A stretch of 64,000 nt of DNA from Hydrolagus affinis (Eukaryota): positions 1 to 64,000 of the forward strand of contig JAAILG010000889.1 of NCBI GenBank assembly GCA_012026655.1, read 5' to 3'. Under the pieces are notes generated by a model. The model had not been told where the DNA came from. It saw only the letters and a program-made list of their open reading frames with translations, and searched no databases. Both the position numbers and the translations under genes were made by a program. Below, piece by piece: positions 1 through 12,750 of the stretch. Within the stretch, counting starts at the first letter, position 1; each line of letters starts with the position of its first letter.

Positions 1-38
1 GATTGAGGAGCGCCGCCGCCGCAAAAAGCAAACGAATT

Positions 39-236
39 ATGCAGAATGAAGTAATCGCGGAGAGTCGAACGCTGGCAGCAGCAGCGGACACCATGACAGA
101 CGCTTTCGAAGACGAGATCGACTCGGTGACCGCCGCCGTCAGCACCAAAGTTCGCATCTTGGAGCCCACCCCCGGCGACCGCCTGGATTTCCAACTCGCC
201 GTGCTCTCGGGGAGCGAAGAGGACGAGGTTTCTGAG
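39..236 (+). CDS. ANKHD1: ANKHD1 exon 1 (MQNEVI...SGSEEDEVSE)
   Basis: ATG at 39 (second in-frame ATG at 93). Donor GAG|gtaaaa, phase 0. Lies in CpG-rich sequence. Confidence 0.88.
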
Positions 237-749
237 GTAAAAAAAAATAATCCCTCTCCCCCCCCCACCCCCCTTTCTTTTTTTCGCTAACATTTTTTAA
301 TCCCCAGCTGTGTGCTGATCCCACACCCATCCCCCCCCCCCTCCCCCCTTCATCTCAACGAAATAATAGTTAGGCCCCGAGAGCCTCGGGGGTTATTTTT
401 TGTTAATTTTTTTGATTGGTGTGTGTGCTGAGAGGGAACAGATGAAGAACATGATGCTAGTGGTGAAGAAGAAAGAGGGGGGAAGGCCTTGTCTTTTTTT
501 AAAAAAATATATACATATTCTTTTCTTGCGCGTATTTCCGGGCCCAGGGTTGAAATTCGACCCCGAGGCTTGGCTCGGATGAAGCGAGTAGGCCGCAAAG
601 GGGGAGGGAGGAGGGGGGGGAGGAGGAGAGAGGACAAGAAGGCGACGGCGGGGCTGAGTGCGCCTGTGCGGCCGGCGCAATGTACCATGGGATTTAGAGT
701 CCTGGTGGGCGCCGCGGAGGCTCGAGGGGAATCACCGATAACGAGGATG

Positions 750-775
750 GAACTACAACTCCCAGGGTTCCGCGC
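750..775 (+). promoter_or_regulatory. ACTACAnnTCCCAG motif (ZNF143/THAP11-HCFC1 type)
   Basis: GAACTACAACTCCCAGGGTTCCGCG matches the vertebrate housekeeping-promoter motif ACTAYRNNNCCCAG. Confidence 0.6.
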
Positions 776-3700
776 CCCCCCCTGCGTCCTCCCTCCCTTT
801 TTGGGGAGCTTTAGAAAAACTAGTCCTGGCCTGAATTATCCTGGTGCCACTAACTAACCTTCGGTTTGCATTTGATTCGATTTCTCGCAGCACACACAAG
901 AGACAGCGCCCGTGACATTCCTCTCTTACCCCCCCACCACCACCCACGATTTGAAGGCATTACACAAGGCCCTTTTGCTACATAATGCCTATCACCAGTT
1001 ATTTTATTTTTAGCCTCATGTTTCCTGCGAATGTCTTTCGCTTACGTAGTTCCAGTTGCAAATTAAATTGGAGGCTACCATGTTTATTCCCGTTTACATT
1101 GGTATGCGTCAAGTGAAACGCAGCAGAGTAAGTCAGGCATCCCAATTTCTCGACATGCTGTTCCTGTTCGCAGTAATCTAGTCCCAGGGCCCGTCTTATC
1201 ACATGGTGTAAGATCAGAGAGCGGATATGGGTGTAGTTTTTACAGTACTTCAGTTATTGCTCCAGATGGATTTTGATGCATCACCAAATGAGCCGGACAT
1301 GCCTGGCTTCCCAGCATTAGTGTTCCCTGGGACTTATTCTAGAGATGCTGTGATAAATAAGTAAATGGAGTAAATACGTTTTAACATTTTATTTTCTATG
1401 GAGTGAAAAGCAAACTAGTTACAGAGCTTTCTTTAGGTGATGGTGGTATTTGATAAACTGGAAGTATTGCACCTTGAAAGAAGGAGGTCAATGGTTCACA
1501 TATTTTTAAACACAAATGTTTTTATTGTTGCATGCATATAACCTACAATTAGAATATAGGGGAATACTGAAAAGGGCGGTAAAATAATTTTTATCTTTTC
1601 AAAAAAAATTAATTTCAATTGTGATTTTGCTCTTTCGTTTCAAACAAAGAGGGTTAGAATCGTTAGCTTACTAAACACAAGTTGAATATAACTTTAAAAT
1701 TAAATTGTGTTTTCCAAGTAGTAAAATGACCTTATGATCTCCCAATATAAATGATCATTTGTTTGTGTGTTCCCTCCACTTAGCCCAGGTACCTAAACCT
1801 ATACATCTGTTTGGATGCCCATCATGCTTCTCTAATGTTCACATTTCAGTTGTAAGGAAGTCAGAGCTCCAGCTGTGTCCAATTAATTCTGTGACAAATC
1901 TTCCATTGTTTCCTATTGTATACCATACTCACTGTTCATAGTTTCGAAGAACTGTCTTCTAGGTCCCACAGGTTCTAATCCTAGGTTATACAGGATTGTA
2001 TAAGCATTTCTTATTTTATCAACTTCCCGAAAATTTACCTCTTGCAGTTTATGGTCATCTCCCCACCCTCTGCTCAGCGTCCGGCACAATCTCGGAAATT
2101 TGTCAAAATGTTCCTCTATGTAATAACTGCTATATAAATGCAAGTTATCTCCATTTTAATGATAATTTTACATTTATCCATAGTGTATTTTCTTCTTTTG
2201 TCTAAATATCTTAACCTATTCAGATACCATTTATTCTGTTTGCTTGCCCCACCCAATTTGGCATTATTACCGTAACAATTTTGGATACATTTTTGTTTCT
2301 GTCCCTTTGCAAGTTGTTTTATGAAGTAGAGGTGATCCAAATGGTCTCAGTCCTCTAGTTAAGGTAGTTGGAAAGATTGGATATCCCCCCCCTTCTCTCC
2401 CACCCCCCATATGGAGGTGAGGATGGAATTGGTTTAGAATAACCATTGTCAAGTGGCCAATCTTGTGATTGGGGTTATGCATGAAGTCAATGTGTAGGGA
2501 GAAGAAGTGCACGTTTGATAGCAACCAGGGCATCTCATTAAGCACATTTGCTTTCTAGACTGGGATGTCTTGCTTTTGATCTTGAGATATGTCCAAAGCA
2601 AATATGTTTTTCAAATAAAAATTCTTAAACCGGCAACTCGCTATTCAGGGAGGGACAGGACAGCTCCTGGTTGGACTGTGCCTACATTAAAATCTCCAAT
2701 TTTTGATGGGCAGGTGTAAATGTCATGAAGGATATGATATCTCTATGACCAATGAATACATTGGAATGGGCACAGGCCCAGGGCACAAATGATGCAGATT
2801 TTGTGTTATCTATATCATCAATGTATGGCAAGTGTTCTTGGAGGTTGGAGAAGAAGGATTGTGCTTGGCTGTATTTTCCATGCTTGAAGAACCTGCCATC
2901 ACTCATTGTGGTTTCACCTATGAATAGTCGCCACTTATATGAGAAGCCAGAGAGCATCTAGTACTGAAGTTGTAGAACTGAACTCCCAATATTTCTTTTG
3001 TCAGTTGAGTGTCTTGAAACTTGCAGGATTCCATCACCATTCTTGTGTCTCGAGATCACAAACTAAGTTCCACGTATGTACACCACGTAAGGTGTCATTG
3101 AGGGACCTGGTTAGAAGCTTTCCACTACTTGTCCAGCTGACACCACTCTATGCGTCAGGGATTTGGGTTGCAAGCTTAACAACAAAATACATTTGTATAG
3201 TGCTTTTCATGTGGGAGGATATCACAATGTGCTGCAACAGGAAGAAGAATTCCTGCATCCAACCTCAATAGGTGGATAGCACAAACCTGTAATTCCCTAT
3301 GAGCTCTTTGGAATACATCATAACTTGACAATGAATGTGGATGCCATTCATGACAATGAATAACTTTACCACCATCTTCCTGCCCATTGAACCTGCTTAC
3401 CCCTCTGCATTGCAATAAATATGCATCCCATGCCCTGGATATATGAAATGTACCCTCATTAGAAGGGGATGAATAGAATAACAGAAGCTATTTTTTTGGG
3501 GAAAGGGGAAGGTTGGAGAATATATGAAAGGAAAACATTTTCATAGAGGATGGTTAACATTGTGATATACATGCTATTGCTTCATGCAGCCTCTAGAACC
3601 CGTAAAATTGAGTGTAATTGCTCCACTCGAGTGATCGTTACCAACGGCTCAGCAAGGTCATAGATGTGACTTGTACACTTTGTGATCAATATACTGAATT

Positions 3701-4759
3701 TTGTGGTACGTCGTCGTATGAAACCCGCTGTATGTATAATTTATCCAGTTGACAAAGATCACCATACATAACTTATTCATGGCCAAATAAATAAAGTGCT
3801 ACCCTTTGCAGCATGAAACTTGGTAGGCTAGCAGGTCTTGGATTCAAATCCTGGCACCTATAGTGAGGTAACTGGGGAGAAATATCATCCATGCCTGATA
3901 GTTGGGGATGCTCAGAGGTGATAGGGTTGTGCTTGTTTGTAATTGGCTTTTTGGTCAGACAATTACTGTCATTTACTCTGCAGACTCAAAACTGAAAGGT
4001 AACTTACTATCGGGGAAGGCATTGGATCTCTTGAGATATTGTAATGTAGTACCCCATTTCAACAGAAAGTCTCAGGGTATAGAATATGTGGAAAATTTGA
4101 GGGGGATTATGTATCATAATTATTCCAAAGTGATCTTATTTTGCATTTAATATAAAATGTAAACATGCTATTTACCTCATTCCCCCAAGTTTTCCTCTTT
4201 GCAGGTACCTCAGGATGCCAAAACTCATGCCAGAATAACCCATAGGAGCCATGGCATCCATCGTCTTTCCCTACTAGTGATGTCTGTAGACCGATCAACA
4301 GCTGAGATCTGTACCTCAGTAGGATGAGGTTTTTTAACTGACTTTTGTCTGTTTCCATGTGTAATGCACAGTTGCATCTGGACTGAAAGGTCTACTGTTC
4401 AATTGACCCATGTATTCTGGTATGTGGTGGTGCAATGGCTTTGTAACTGAATGTTTCTTTTGAATACCGGCATTTTTTTGCTTTTCACAATTGGCCGTTC
4501 ATGTGTGAGGCTAGACAATGGTTGGTTGGCAGGCAAAGCAATTGTGGAGGGTGTTACAGCTGAGTTGGATTTCATTTTTCCTCATTTTCTAGCAAGGTCA
4601 CTGGGTAGAATTGGGAGTCCTGGCTGACTCTTATTCCTAACTTAGTAGTGGTTAACTTTAATTGAATATGTTTTTATAAGAAACATGGCTTATAGGGTGA
4701 TGAAGAGGACCGAATTCAATATTGTTGGAAGTACAGTTTTAATGGAAAAGTGTCATCTT

Positions 4760-5040
4760 GCTTCAGTTACTCGCACTCTCACTTGGTGTGAGAAGGTTGT
4801 GGGTTCAAGCCCCAAATCAAGTTTATAGTCTTGACTGACACTCCAATGCAGTACTTAGGATAACATGATAAGCCAAGGTTCTATTTAGGAGGATGTTAAA
4901 CATTCCACAACACTATTTGAAAAGGGAAGGGAGTTTCTCCTGTTGTTCTGGCCAATAAACCTCCAGATTAATTGGTTATTCACCTCATGGTTTTTCAGGG
5001 ACCTTGTTGGCACACTCAGCTTCTGTGTTTGCCTTCAAAA
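4760..5040 (+). mobile_element. Old DeuSINE-like copy (similar copies at about 25090-25430 + and 20225-20500 -)
   Basis: GAAGGTTGTGGGTTCAAGCCC head and GGATGTTAAA..CACTATTTGAA..GGAGTTTCTCC.GT.GTTCTGGCCAATA resemble the Deu domain of SacSINE1/AmnSINE1 as I recall it. Confidence 0.55.
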
Positions 5041-5744
5041 ATTGTGTGTTACCAACAATTATCTATTCACCTTGTGGCTGTTTGTAGGAATCTTTTGATG
5101 TAAATGATAGTTGCATGTGCTTATAAAAACATTTTTCTATTACAACAACAAAATTACATTTTTAGAGCGCATTTCACATCGGATTAATGTCTCTAACATT
5201 TATGATGTTTTGAAATAAAAATGGAAGTTCTATCTTTTAAGTCTTCAGTACATTTCAGAGGATGCAACTTTGTGCCTGAAATAAAATTTAGTGGAATTAG
5301 TATTGTAAGTTAAAGCTTACCGATTGGCTCCCTGATAGCTTAGTGAGTTATTCATTGAGTAGCTGAGCCATACATATTTTGAAAGTCACGTGTTTGATCC
5401 CTGGATATTGCTGAGTTAGCTGAGGGAGGAGGAAGGGAATACAGCTTGGCAAATGACCCAGGACTCCTAAGTTAGAGAAGAGTAAAATCATCCAGAGGCG
5501 CTCCCCATAACTGCTGGACAAGTTGCTATCAAGACTTGCATGTGAAGAAAAGCTGTTTGGACAACATATGGGGAGAAGTACTGGCAGCTGGGGTAGGAAA
5601 AAAAAAGTCACAATCCTTAGGGAAGGGAGAACGTTGATGAAAGAATGTTTGAAAAATGAATAGAAAACTAATTTTGATGTACACAATAGTAGATATTTAG
5701 TATAGTACTCCACAGCACAAAAGTGAAATATTAGTGGTAATGGG

Positions 5745-6340
5745 GAGCTTTTCCCAATTCCTCCCTCCACAGGCTGCAGATAATCCAGAATTCTGCGGCC
5801 CAACAACAACAACAACAAATTGCACTTATAGAGCGCCTTTTACGTCGGGAGGACGTCCCAAGGACCATGTCCTCTACCGTTCCAAACTCCGTGACCCCAT
5901 CTCTCCCATCCTTGCCTGACTCCATTGGCTCCCCATCATCCAGAGGATCCAATTCAAGATCCTGGTTCTCACATTTAAAGTCCTCCACAACCTCGCCGCA
6001 CCCTACATCCGTGACCTATCCCCTTACTAACCTGCCCGCCCCCTCCGTTCAGCAGGCTCTGGCCTGCTCCATATCCCCTGACACATTTGCCCAACCATTA
6101 GCGGGCGAGCCTTCAGTTACTCTGCCCCCATCCTCTGGAACTCCATCCCAAAGTCCGTCTACCTCGCCCCCTCCCTGGCCTCCTTCAAGTCTCGCCTCAA
6201 GACTCCTCTTCGATGGACACATTGGCAATTCCTAATCCCCCCCCCCGTCCTCAGCTAGGGTCTGAAGCAGTATCTGTCCAGCGTCTTGGGACGTCCTCCT
6301 GACATGAAAGATGCTATAAAAAATGTAATTTTGTTATCCT
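5745..6340 (+). mobile_element. L2 LINE 3' fragment with an inverted tail-only insert at about 5800-5865
   Basis: CTCCATTGGCTCCCCATC..AGGATCCAATTCAAGATCCTGGT and tail TTGGGACGTCCTCCTGACATGAAAG. Confidence 0.85.
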
Positions 6341-8537
6341 TGTTCTTGTTTCAGTCATCTTGCACTACTGCCACAGTTGCTGAGGTCGTGATGATTGGCG
6401 TAATTGCCGCCTGGGTTACGAAGATGAAAATTGAATTTCTGATTATTTTCATCCACCCCCCCCATGGCACTTGTGCACAATACTCCCTTTGGTGAGGTAT
6501 TGGAATGACTACTGCCCATATCACTGCACAATAGGAGGCAACTGATTCAGTGGGAGGGGAGAAGATTAGTAATAGATTTCAAAGGAGAGCTGAAACAATT
6601 CACAAATCTTGCAGCTAAATTTCTAATGTTACTTTACACAGTTGTCTCATGTTTGATTTACCTTGTTGGGAAGCAGCATTTCATTTGGTTATGGCATGTC
6701 CTTGATTCAGCCTACCACATCCAGTGGATCAATATAATTTGGAGGGTGGGTGGGGCTGTGACACTGCTTCAATGAAGCTGCAAAATATAATCTTGATTCC
6801 AAAATTGAGAGATGCTTCAAAAATGATATGAATATGAATTTTTTTAATAAAAATGTGCATACCAGAGTTTTTAAAAAAAAAGTAACTGGATATTAAATTA
6901 CACATGATCATCTAAGATGTTTTAGGATTCACTAACATGCTTATTGGTTATTTTTTGAGAGCACAAGATTGCTCAATATTCTGTTTTTTAAACAAAGCAA
7001 TTTCCTTTATTTCTCCCGAATGGGTGCTTTCTTGGGAGTGATGCCCCTACAGTATTTACAACATGTGATTTATTATGGAGATTTCCTGCAGATTGCCAAT
7101 TACTGGAGGACTAAATTAGGGGGAGTATTTTGTGTGGTCCTGTGCTCATTTGAGACATTAACATATTTGCTTAGGACCATTATAGCCAACAGGCTTTCAT
7201 GCAATCAGTCTGGCCTGGATTTGAACCAAAACTGCAGAGATGAAAGGGCAGAGTGTCGCCCAGGCAGTATTGTTTTAAAACTAAGAGTTTCACAGCGGAG
7301 GTTGGCTTTAACATCTGCTACCAACCTGCATGCATTTCCTACAGGTACATAGAAATAAACAGAACCATAGAAGAAAGACCATCTGTCTGATCCCAGAGTT
7401 TTGGACTAATAACATAATCCCACCGATTTTATTAGATTGTGATCGGGCAAAAATCTGGAGGATTATTCTGCCTAACCTGTGTGCTAAGTGCAATTGGAGC
7501 CCTCACCCCTGAGTCCAACCAAAATTTCGTAAGTATCAAAGGAGGAACTGTATGATTTAGTAACAAAGCATTTTCCCTTAGTTCTCCTGAATGGCATGTC
7601 ATGTGATTTATTCTATGAGGCAATACAGGAGAGGCAATGAGGATGTTGTGATCGGGGATCTAATATTTTTAAGCCTTGAGATACATTGCCAAAATATCGA
7701 TATCTTAAGATTTAGCTTAGGCATTGAGTGTTAGCTGACCAGAAGCACGTTGCAGCCAAAGCAGTACTCAAATCAATATCTACACATGTGCTTATCACCA
7801 GGGTTCTTGGTAGTGATTAGAGCGGGAGTCCTCTTTTGAATGTGACACCTATTGTTTAAATTGCTTAAAGTTAAATTGAGACCAATAGGATTTTTTAATT
7901 GAAAGGATAAATTGTACTTCAAAAAAAATACTTGAAGACTGAAAATTGAATACATCTTGTAAACATCAATAGCTGTGAAGAATCCACAAAGCAAGGCATT
8001 ATCCCTTAAGAACCTCTTAAGTGATTTCATCTCCAGTATTGTGAACAATGTTTCTTAACACTAGTACAGTTGTGTTTAATCTGATGTTATATTCAGCAGC
8101 ATGCTGAATATAATATTGGCTTGGACACTATCACATGAAGTATTACAACCTTTTAACATTCTTTGTTCGTTATTATTGCTTGTTACCTCTTCCATTGTTT
8201 CTTATCTATTTCTAACTTTAGAACTTATCACTCGGTTATGTATCTTTATTCCAATCCCATTGCTATGTGTGGAAAATGTGAGCACCGATTAAATAACTTT
8301 TTTTTTATTGGCCAAAGAACTGTTTTGCAGCCTCGTTTTACAGTCAATTAAAAGTTGGATCGATGATCAACAAGGCCTCGTCATACATCCAATTTAGTTT
8401 ATATTTGTTTTGACTTATTTCTAAAATGGGAAGTGGAAGCTGCAAATCCAAAAAAAAACTGTTTCCCTGTTCTCACAGAATATGTGATGTGAATGAGTCA
8501 ATTCACGTGTGACACTGGTTGGATATTTGGGCTGTTA

Positions 8538-8935
8538 CAGTAAAATCCTTCTTATCTGGCACCCTCGGGACCTGACCGGTGCCTTTTAATCAAATATGCT
8601 GGATATTCAAGCAGCAAGTTGCTGAAAATCCTACACAAAAAATTTACTTATTTTAAAACATACCATATTAATAATAGACTAAATAATAACAATATTGTAT
8701 GGATACTTGCCAATAAAGCATACATAAATAGTACAGTCAATCCTTGCCAAATGCGAGGGTTATGGTCCTGGAAAACAGCACACTTGGTAAATTTGCATTT
8801 GGTAGGTTTAATAAGTGCGCAAAGTGAGCATATGCGCGGGGAAAACCACATATACTCAAATTTTACTTGTATTGGGAGATACCGGTTGGTTGAGCGTGCT
8901 GGTTGGTTGGTGGCCTTATAACCAAGTTTTTACTG
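8538..8935. mobile_element. Longer, older member of the same MITE family
   Basis: TA-CAGTAAAATCCTTCTTATCTGGCACCCTCGGGACC...TTTTTACTG-TA. Confidence 0.7.
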
Positions 8936-9092
8936 TATTAAGAAATTAGATATCATTTGGGTTTTTGTTGTACTGGTTTCCAACGAATGTCAATTTTAGG
9001 CCTGGTGCCCAATATCTGCAAATGGCGAATTTGAGTATTGATTGTGTTAATTGTACATATATAGCCTATCCTGATGGAATCATCCTTTATAT

Positions 9093-9173
9093 TAGGGTGG
9101 TCCAACTGACAGCCCATGGACCTTTCTTAAATAGGGCATCTGGCCCTCAGCAGCCAAAGGTTGGACCACCCTG
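9093..9173. mobile_element. 81-bp hAT-type MITE
   Basis: TIRs TAGGGTGGTCCAAC / GTTGGACCACCCTG. 8-bp flanks CTTTATAT / CTTAATAT (7 of 8 identical) fit a target-site duplication. Confidence 0.75.
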
Positions 9174-10289
9174 CTTAATATACGTGTCTCACTATAACTA
9201 AAACTTGAAAGCTATTGCAATTATTCTGATCTGATCAAGAATATGTTCGGGATATCTTAATGATGAAACACAACTGACTAAGTGTAACTTGGAAGATCCC
9301 AGTTTCAATTCTTAATGTGTGCTAAATTAACAGATTTCTGCATGCATTTCAGATGCTGCATTCAGCACGCCTTGAGACTTTTCATTAGTTTATTTAGTCT
9401 GAATAAAAGATGAGTTTCGGCTATACATTTAATATTGACGGAGGAGTTGATCTTGATAACAATGCTATTTTACGTTATTTGGAAAGGTATATTGAGGGCA
9501 CACAAAGCAGAGTTGTAACACAACCTGTGATGGCTGTAGGGATGTTCTCACACCATGATAGTGGATTTATTTCGCTGTATGCAAAATATTACCGACCCAC
9601 ATTTCTTTTTTCCTCTGGTTTTGCTAAACTTTGAGGAAGTTTCATGATTTGTTTTTTGTCGTTGGTGCATTCAGCAGAAATGTGTTTCCAGTGCAAAAAG
9701 CAGACCACATTACATGTTGATTCAAATCCGTTTTCTCCTATATTCAAGATCTGGGCTAAGGAGACCTCAATTGATATGGCAATCATTTATTGGTGGAGAC
9801 TAATTGTACACTTGGACCCTTTAATTCGGATATAGGATTTAATGATCCAGATGTGTGATAGACTAAGGCCACTACTAATTCAGGTCCAGAAAGAACTCGG
9901 TCTGCTGGGATTGCCCTTCTCTGGTGCTGCAGACTATCTAACAATCTGAGTTTCAGCCTGAAGCTGGCAATGCTGATTGTAGAAGATTGGCTGGTGTCAA
10001 GACTGCAATTGTAACCCTTTAAGGTGTGATATTCCATCCATCCTGTCCTATTTACAGATTCTGCTTAATCAAGGCTGGTCACTTTGTTTACTTAGGCTGA
10101 AATGGCTGACATGTGAACTTATTTCTCACTTCTGGCAATGGATTTGGTTACAGAACACATGTCATTTTGTGAAGGCTTGCTTGGAATACTAAAACTTGTC
10201 CAGCTAATACCTGTTTGGGTTTGTACTCTTATGAACAAATTTAGCATCAACACTGTTTGAACCTATGTCTTTTGCATACTTAACCTTTT

Positions 10290-10450
10290 TGAGTCATCCT
10301 CGATTGTTTGTGGGGCACTGCTGTGTGCAATTGGCTGCCATGTTTGGCCCACATATATACAGTCAAGTTACAGTATATTCTGTAAAGCGCTTTGAGATGT
10401 CTAGAAGATGTGGAGAGCGCTATACCAAATGCAAGAAATATTATTATTGT
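10290..10450 (+). mobile_element. SINE family A 3' fragment (further + copies at about 11855-11960, 35777-35875, 36085-36245, 41480-41680, 45460-45610, 47095-47262)
   Basis: Shared CTGTGTGCAATTGGCTGCC and/or TACAGTATATTCTGTGAAGCGCTTTGAGA..AAATGCAAG blocks. Confidence 0.8.
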
Positions 10451-10799
10451 ACTCCTATTCCTATGTACTGTATCTAGGAAATGCAGATCTTAATTTTGAC
10501 TTCCAGAACCATGAAGAAAAGCTGGACATTCTACTTGTGCTCTTGCAAACTTATTGGACAATATGCTGAGGTGTTGCTCAGTGCAGTAGAGCAGCAACTA
10601 TCATTCAATCTGTTGCAATCATTTGCCTCATGGACAAATCTTCAGTTTGTAATGATCCAAGATGATCTGTGTGCTTCCAAGACATCAGAATTTGTACTTC
10701 CAGATTCCTCAAGTTACTGCATGTGGCGTGGAATAAGGTTGGAATTTTAAGATTCAATTTGAACAAGAGCTGGAATATCTTGGAAAGTATTGTTTGCTG

Positions 10800-11100
10800 A
10801 ACTCAGAACTTCTTTTTCCCCCATATCCATGCCATGACTAGCACTGCCTTCCACCACCTCCGCAATATTGCCTGCCTCGGCCACTGCCTCACCCTCAGAC
10901 CGCCAAAACCCTCAGACATGCATTTGTCACCTCAAGGCTCGACTGCGGAAACTCCTTCCTTGTCGGCCTCCCCAACTCTTCCCTCCACAAGCTGCGGATC
11001 ATTGAAAACTCTGCAACTCGTGTCCTCTCTTGCAAAAGGCACTATGACCCCATCCACCCCACCCTCACCCGGTTCCACTGGCCGCATCCCTCAGAGGATA
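10800..11100 (+). mobile_element. L2 LINE fragment
   Basis: TAFHHLRNIACL remnant. Confidence 0.75.
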
Positions 11101-12423
11101 GAAAAGCTTCAAAGTTAATTAGTCTACTGCTGCAAAAATATTGATTGAAGTGCTGGAGGTCCTCTATTGTGGCATAACACTTAAATTTGAATCGCTAGTT
11201 TCAGGAAAGGAAGCAGGTAAGGAGGGAAAATTGGAAAGAGCGGAAGCTTTGAAGTTTAGAATTGATTTTGACAATGGTCTGTGAGAGAGACCTTGTTCCT
11301 TTTGAGCAACCAGGGGGAAGTGTTAAGTGAAACCAGGTGCTTTCCTGCATGAAAGCAAATTTGGAGATGAAAGTGACTTATGGCTTTTGGCTGGTTCTTG
11401 AGTGGTATTGAAGTATTTTAGTTGAGATCACTTGGTCAGACATTGGTGAAGTTGGGCATAGGCTTATAAGTGAGCGAAGGCACTACAGGATGTAATTTTA
11501 ACTTGTATGTTTATTATGTAATATATTTTCCATCTATTTTATCATAGGTTTGAATGTGTTTAACACTGGAATACAATCTGTGTTCAGATAAACTGTTACT
11601 GTTCTCTGTAGTTTGTTGTATGTAAAACCATATGAGATGATCAGTAAGTTGCCATTTTGTTCACCCAGTCTACACCGCTAACCCAGAATTAATCAAGTAA
11701 TGCATTTTATTTAGCTCCTTTTTGTTTTCGATTATAAGACAGATTTGGGAATAAATTTCTACTGTATGCTTATTTTATTGAATTTCAAGTAGAGGTTATT
11801 TCTATAGATGTTGCTAAGTGGAAAATAGTCCTGCCAATATGAAACATTCTCAACAACATTCACTCACAAATATACATTCAAATTAACTTTACAGTATATT
11901 CTGTAAAAGCACTTTGAGATGTCTAGAAGATGTGATCAAATGGAAGGATTATTATAATAAACCTCTGGCTCCATCTGACAAATTGACCAAGGTACTGAAA
12001 ACACGTTCATTCTCTGGTAATTTGTTTTACTAGCCAGCAAGCGATTGCAGGCCAACCCAGGCTTCATAGATAATTTGGTTGGGATGAATTAAATGCAGCA
12101 ATGGGTACCCATGTCCCACTGCAGCTTTCCTGATGGTAGTTCCCATTAAGAAGTTAATTAATATTAATACTGGAAATTATGTTTTCGGTCTCCTCAGAAC
12201 CTAATAAAAACACTGCCCTCCAAAATCTGCCACAGTTTATGTGGGAGCTTGTGTCTGAAATGTGTCAAAGTAGTACTTTTATGGAATAACTATTTTTTAA
12301 CAGGTGCCTGTACTGGATTTGTCACAATGCTGAAACATTGTTTTTCTAAACCACTACTTCCTGGTTTGTGTTCAATTGGTCACCAGGGCTGGTATGGAAT
12401 TGTCGTAGCATATTGTAGAGTTC

Positions 12424-12750
12424 TGCAGCTCAGTGGTTAGAGTGCTTGACTTGCAAGCGAGAGACGTGGGTTCGATTCGCAGCAGGGTGAAATGTTGGGC
12501 AAGCTTCGTTACTCCACTTGCCCCTGTTTATCTAGCAGTAAGTAAGAACCTGGTTGTTAGTCGATTGGAGGATCACTTTTCCTTTTTTTAAAAAAATCAA
12601 TCTTGACTGTTTGTGGCACACTGCTGTGCGCAATTGGCTGTCGCGTTTCACCCACAAATTATATAGCTTAATAATGTATTCTGCGAAGCACTTTGAGACG
12701 TCTCAAAATGATTAGGCGCTACATCAAAAACAATGATTGTTATTATTGAT
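12424..12750 (+). mobile_element. tRNA-headed SINE family A, variant with an extra internal segment
   Basis: GCTCAGTGGTTAGAG...GGTTCGATTC head. Same core and tail as the copy at 19276. Confidence 0.8.

Larger units (their letters stand above)
1..800. promoter_or_regulatory. CpG-island-like region over exon 1 and proximal intron 1
   Basis: Visibly high GC and CpG density against a CpG-depleted background. A GCC run lies in the 5' leader. Confidence 0.7.

Noticed and set aside
3-38. ORF-track start at position 3
   Set aside because: It is a TTG codon. The first in-frame ATG is at 39.
600-626. G-rich run as a possible G-quadruplex
   Set aside because: Irregular tracts, and common in GC-rich first introns. 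No further support.
350-947. Several ORFs on both strands in proximal intron 1
   Set aside because: Low-complexity products of GC-rich sequence with no recognisable domain.
2116-2960. Minus-strand ORFs with faint RT-like words (AKLGG..DKCKII; YIDD)
   Set aside because: Possibly very old CR1-like relics, but too degenerate to call without a profile search.
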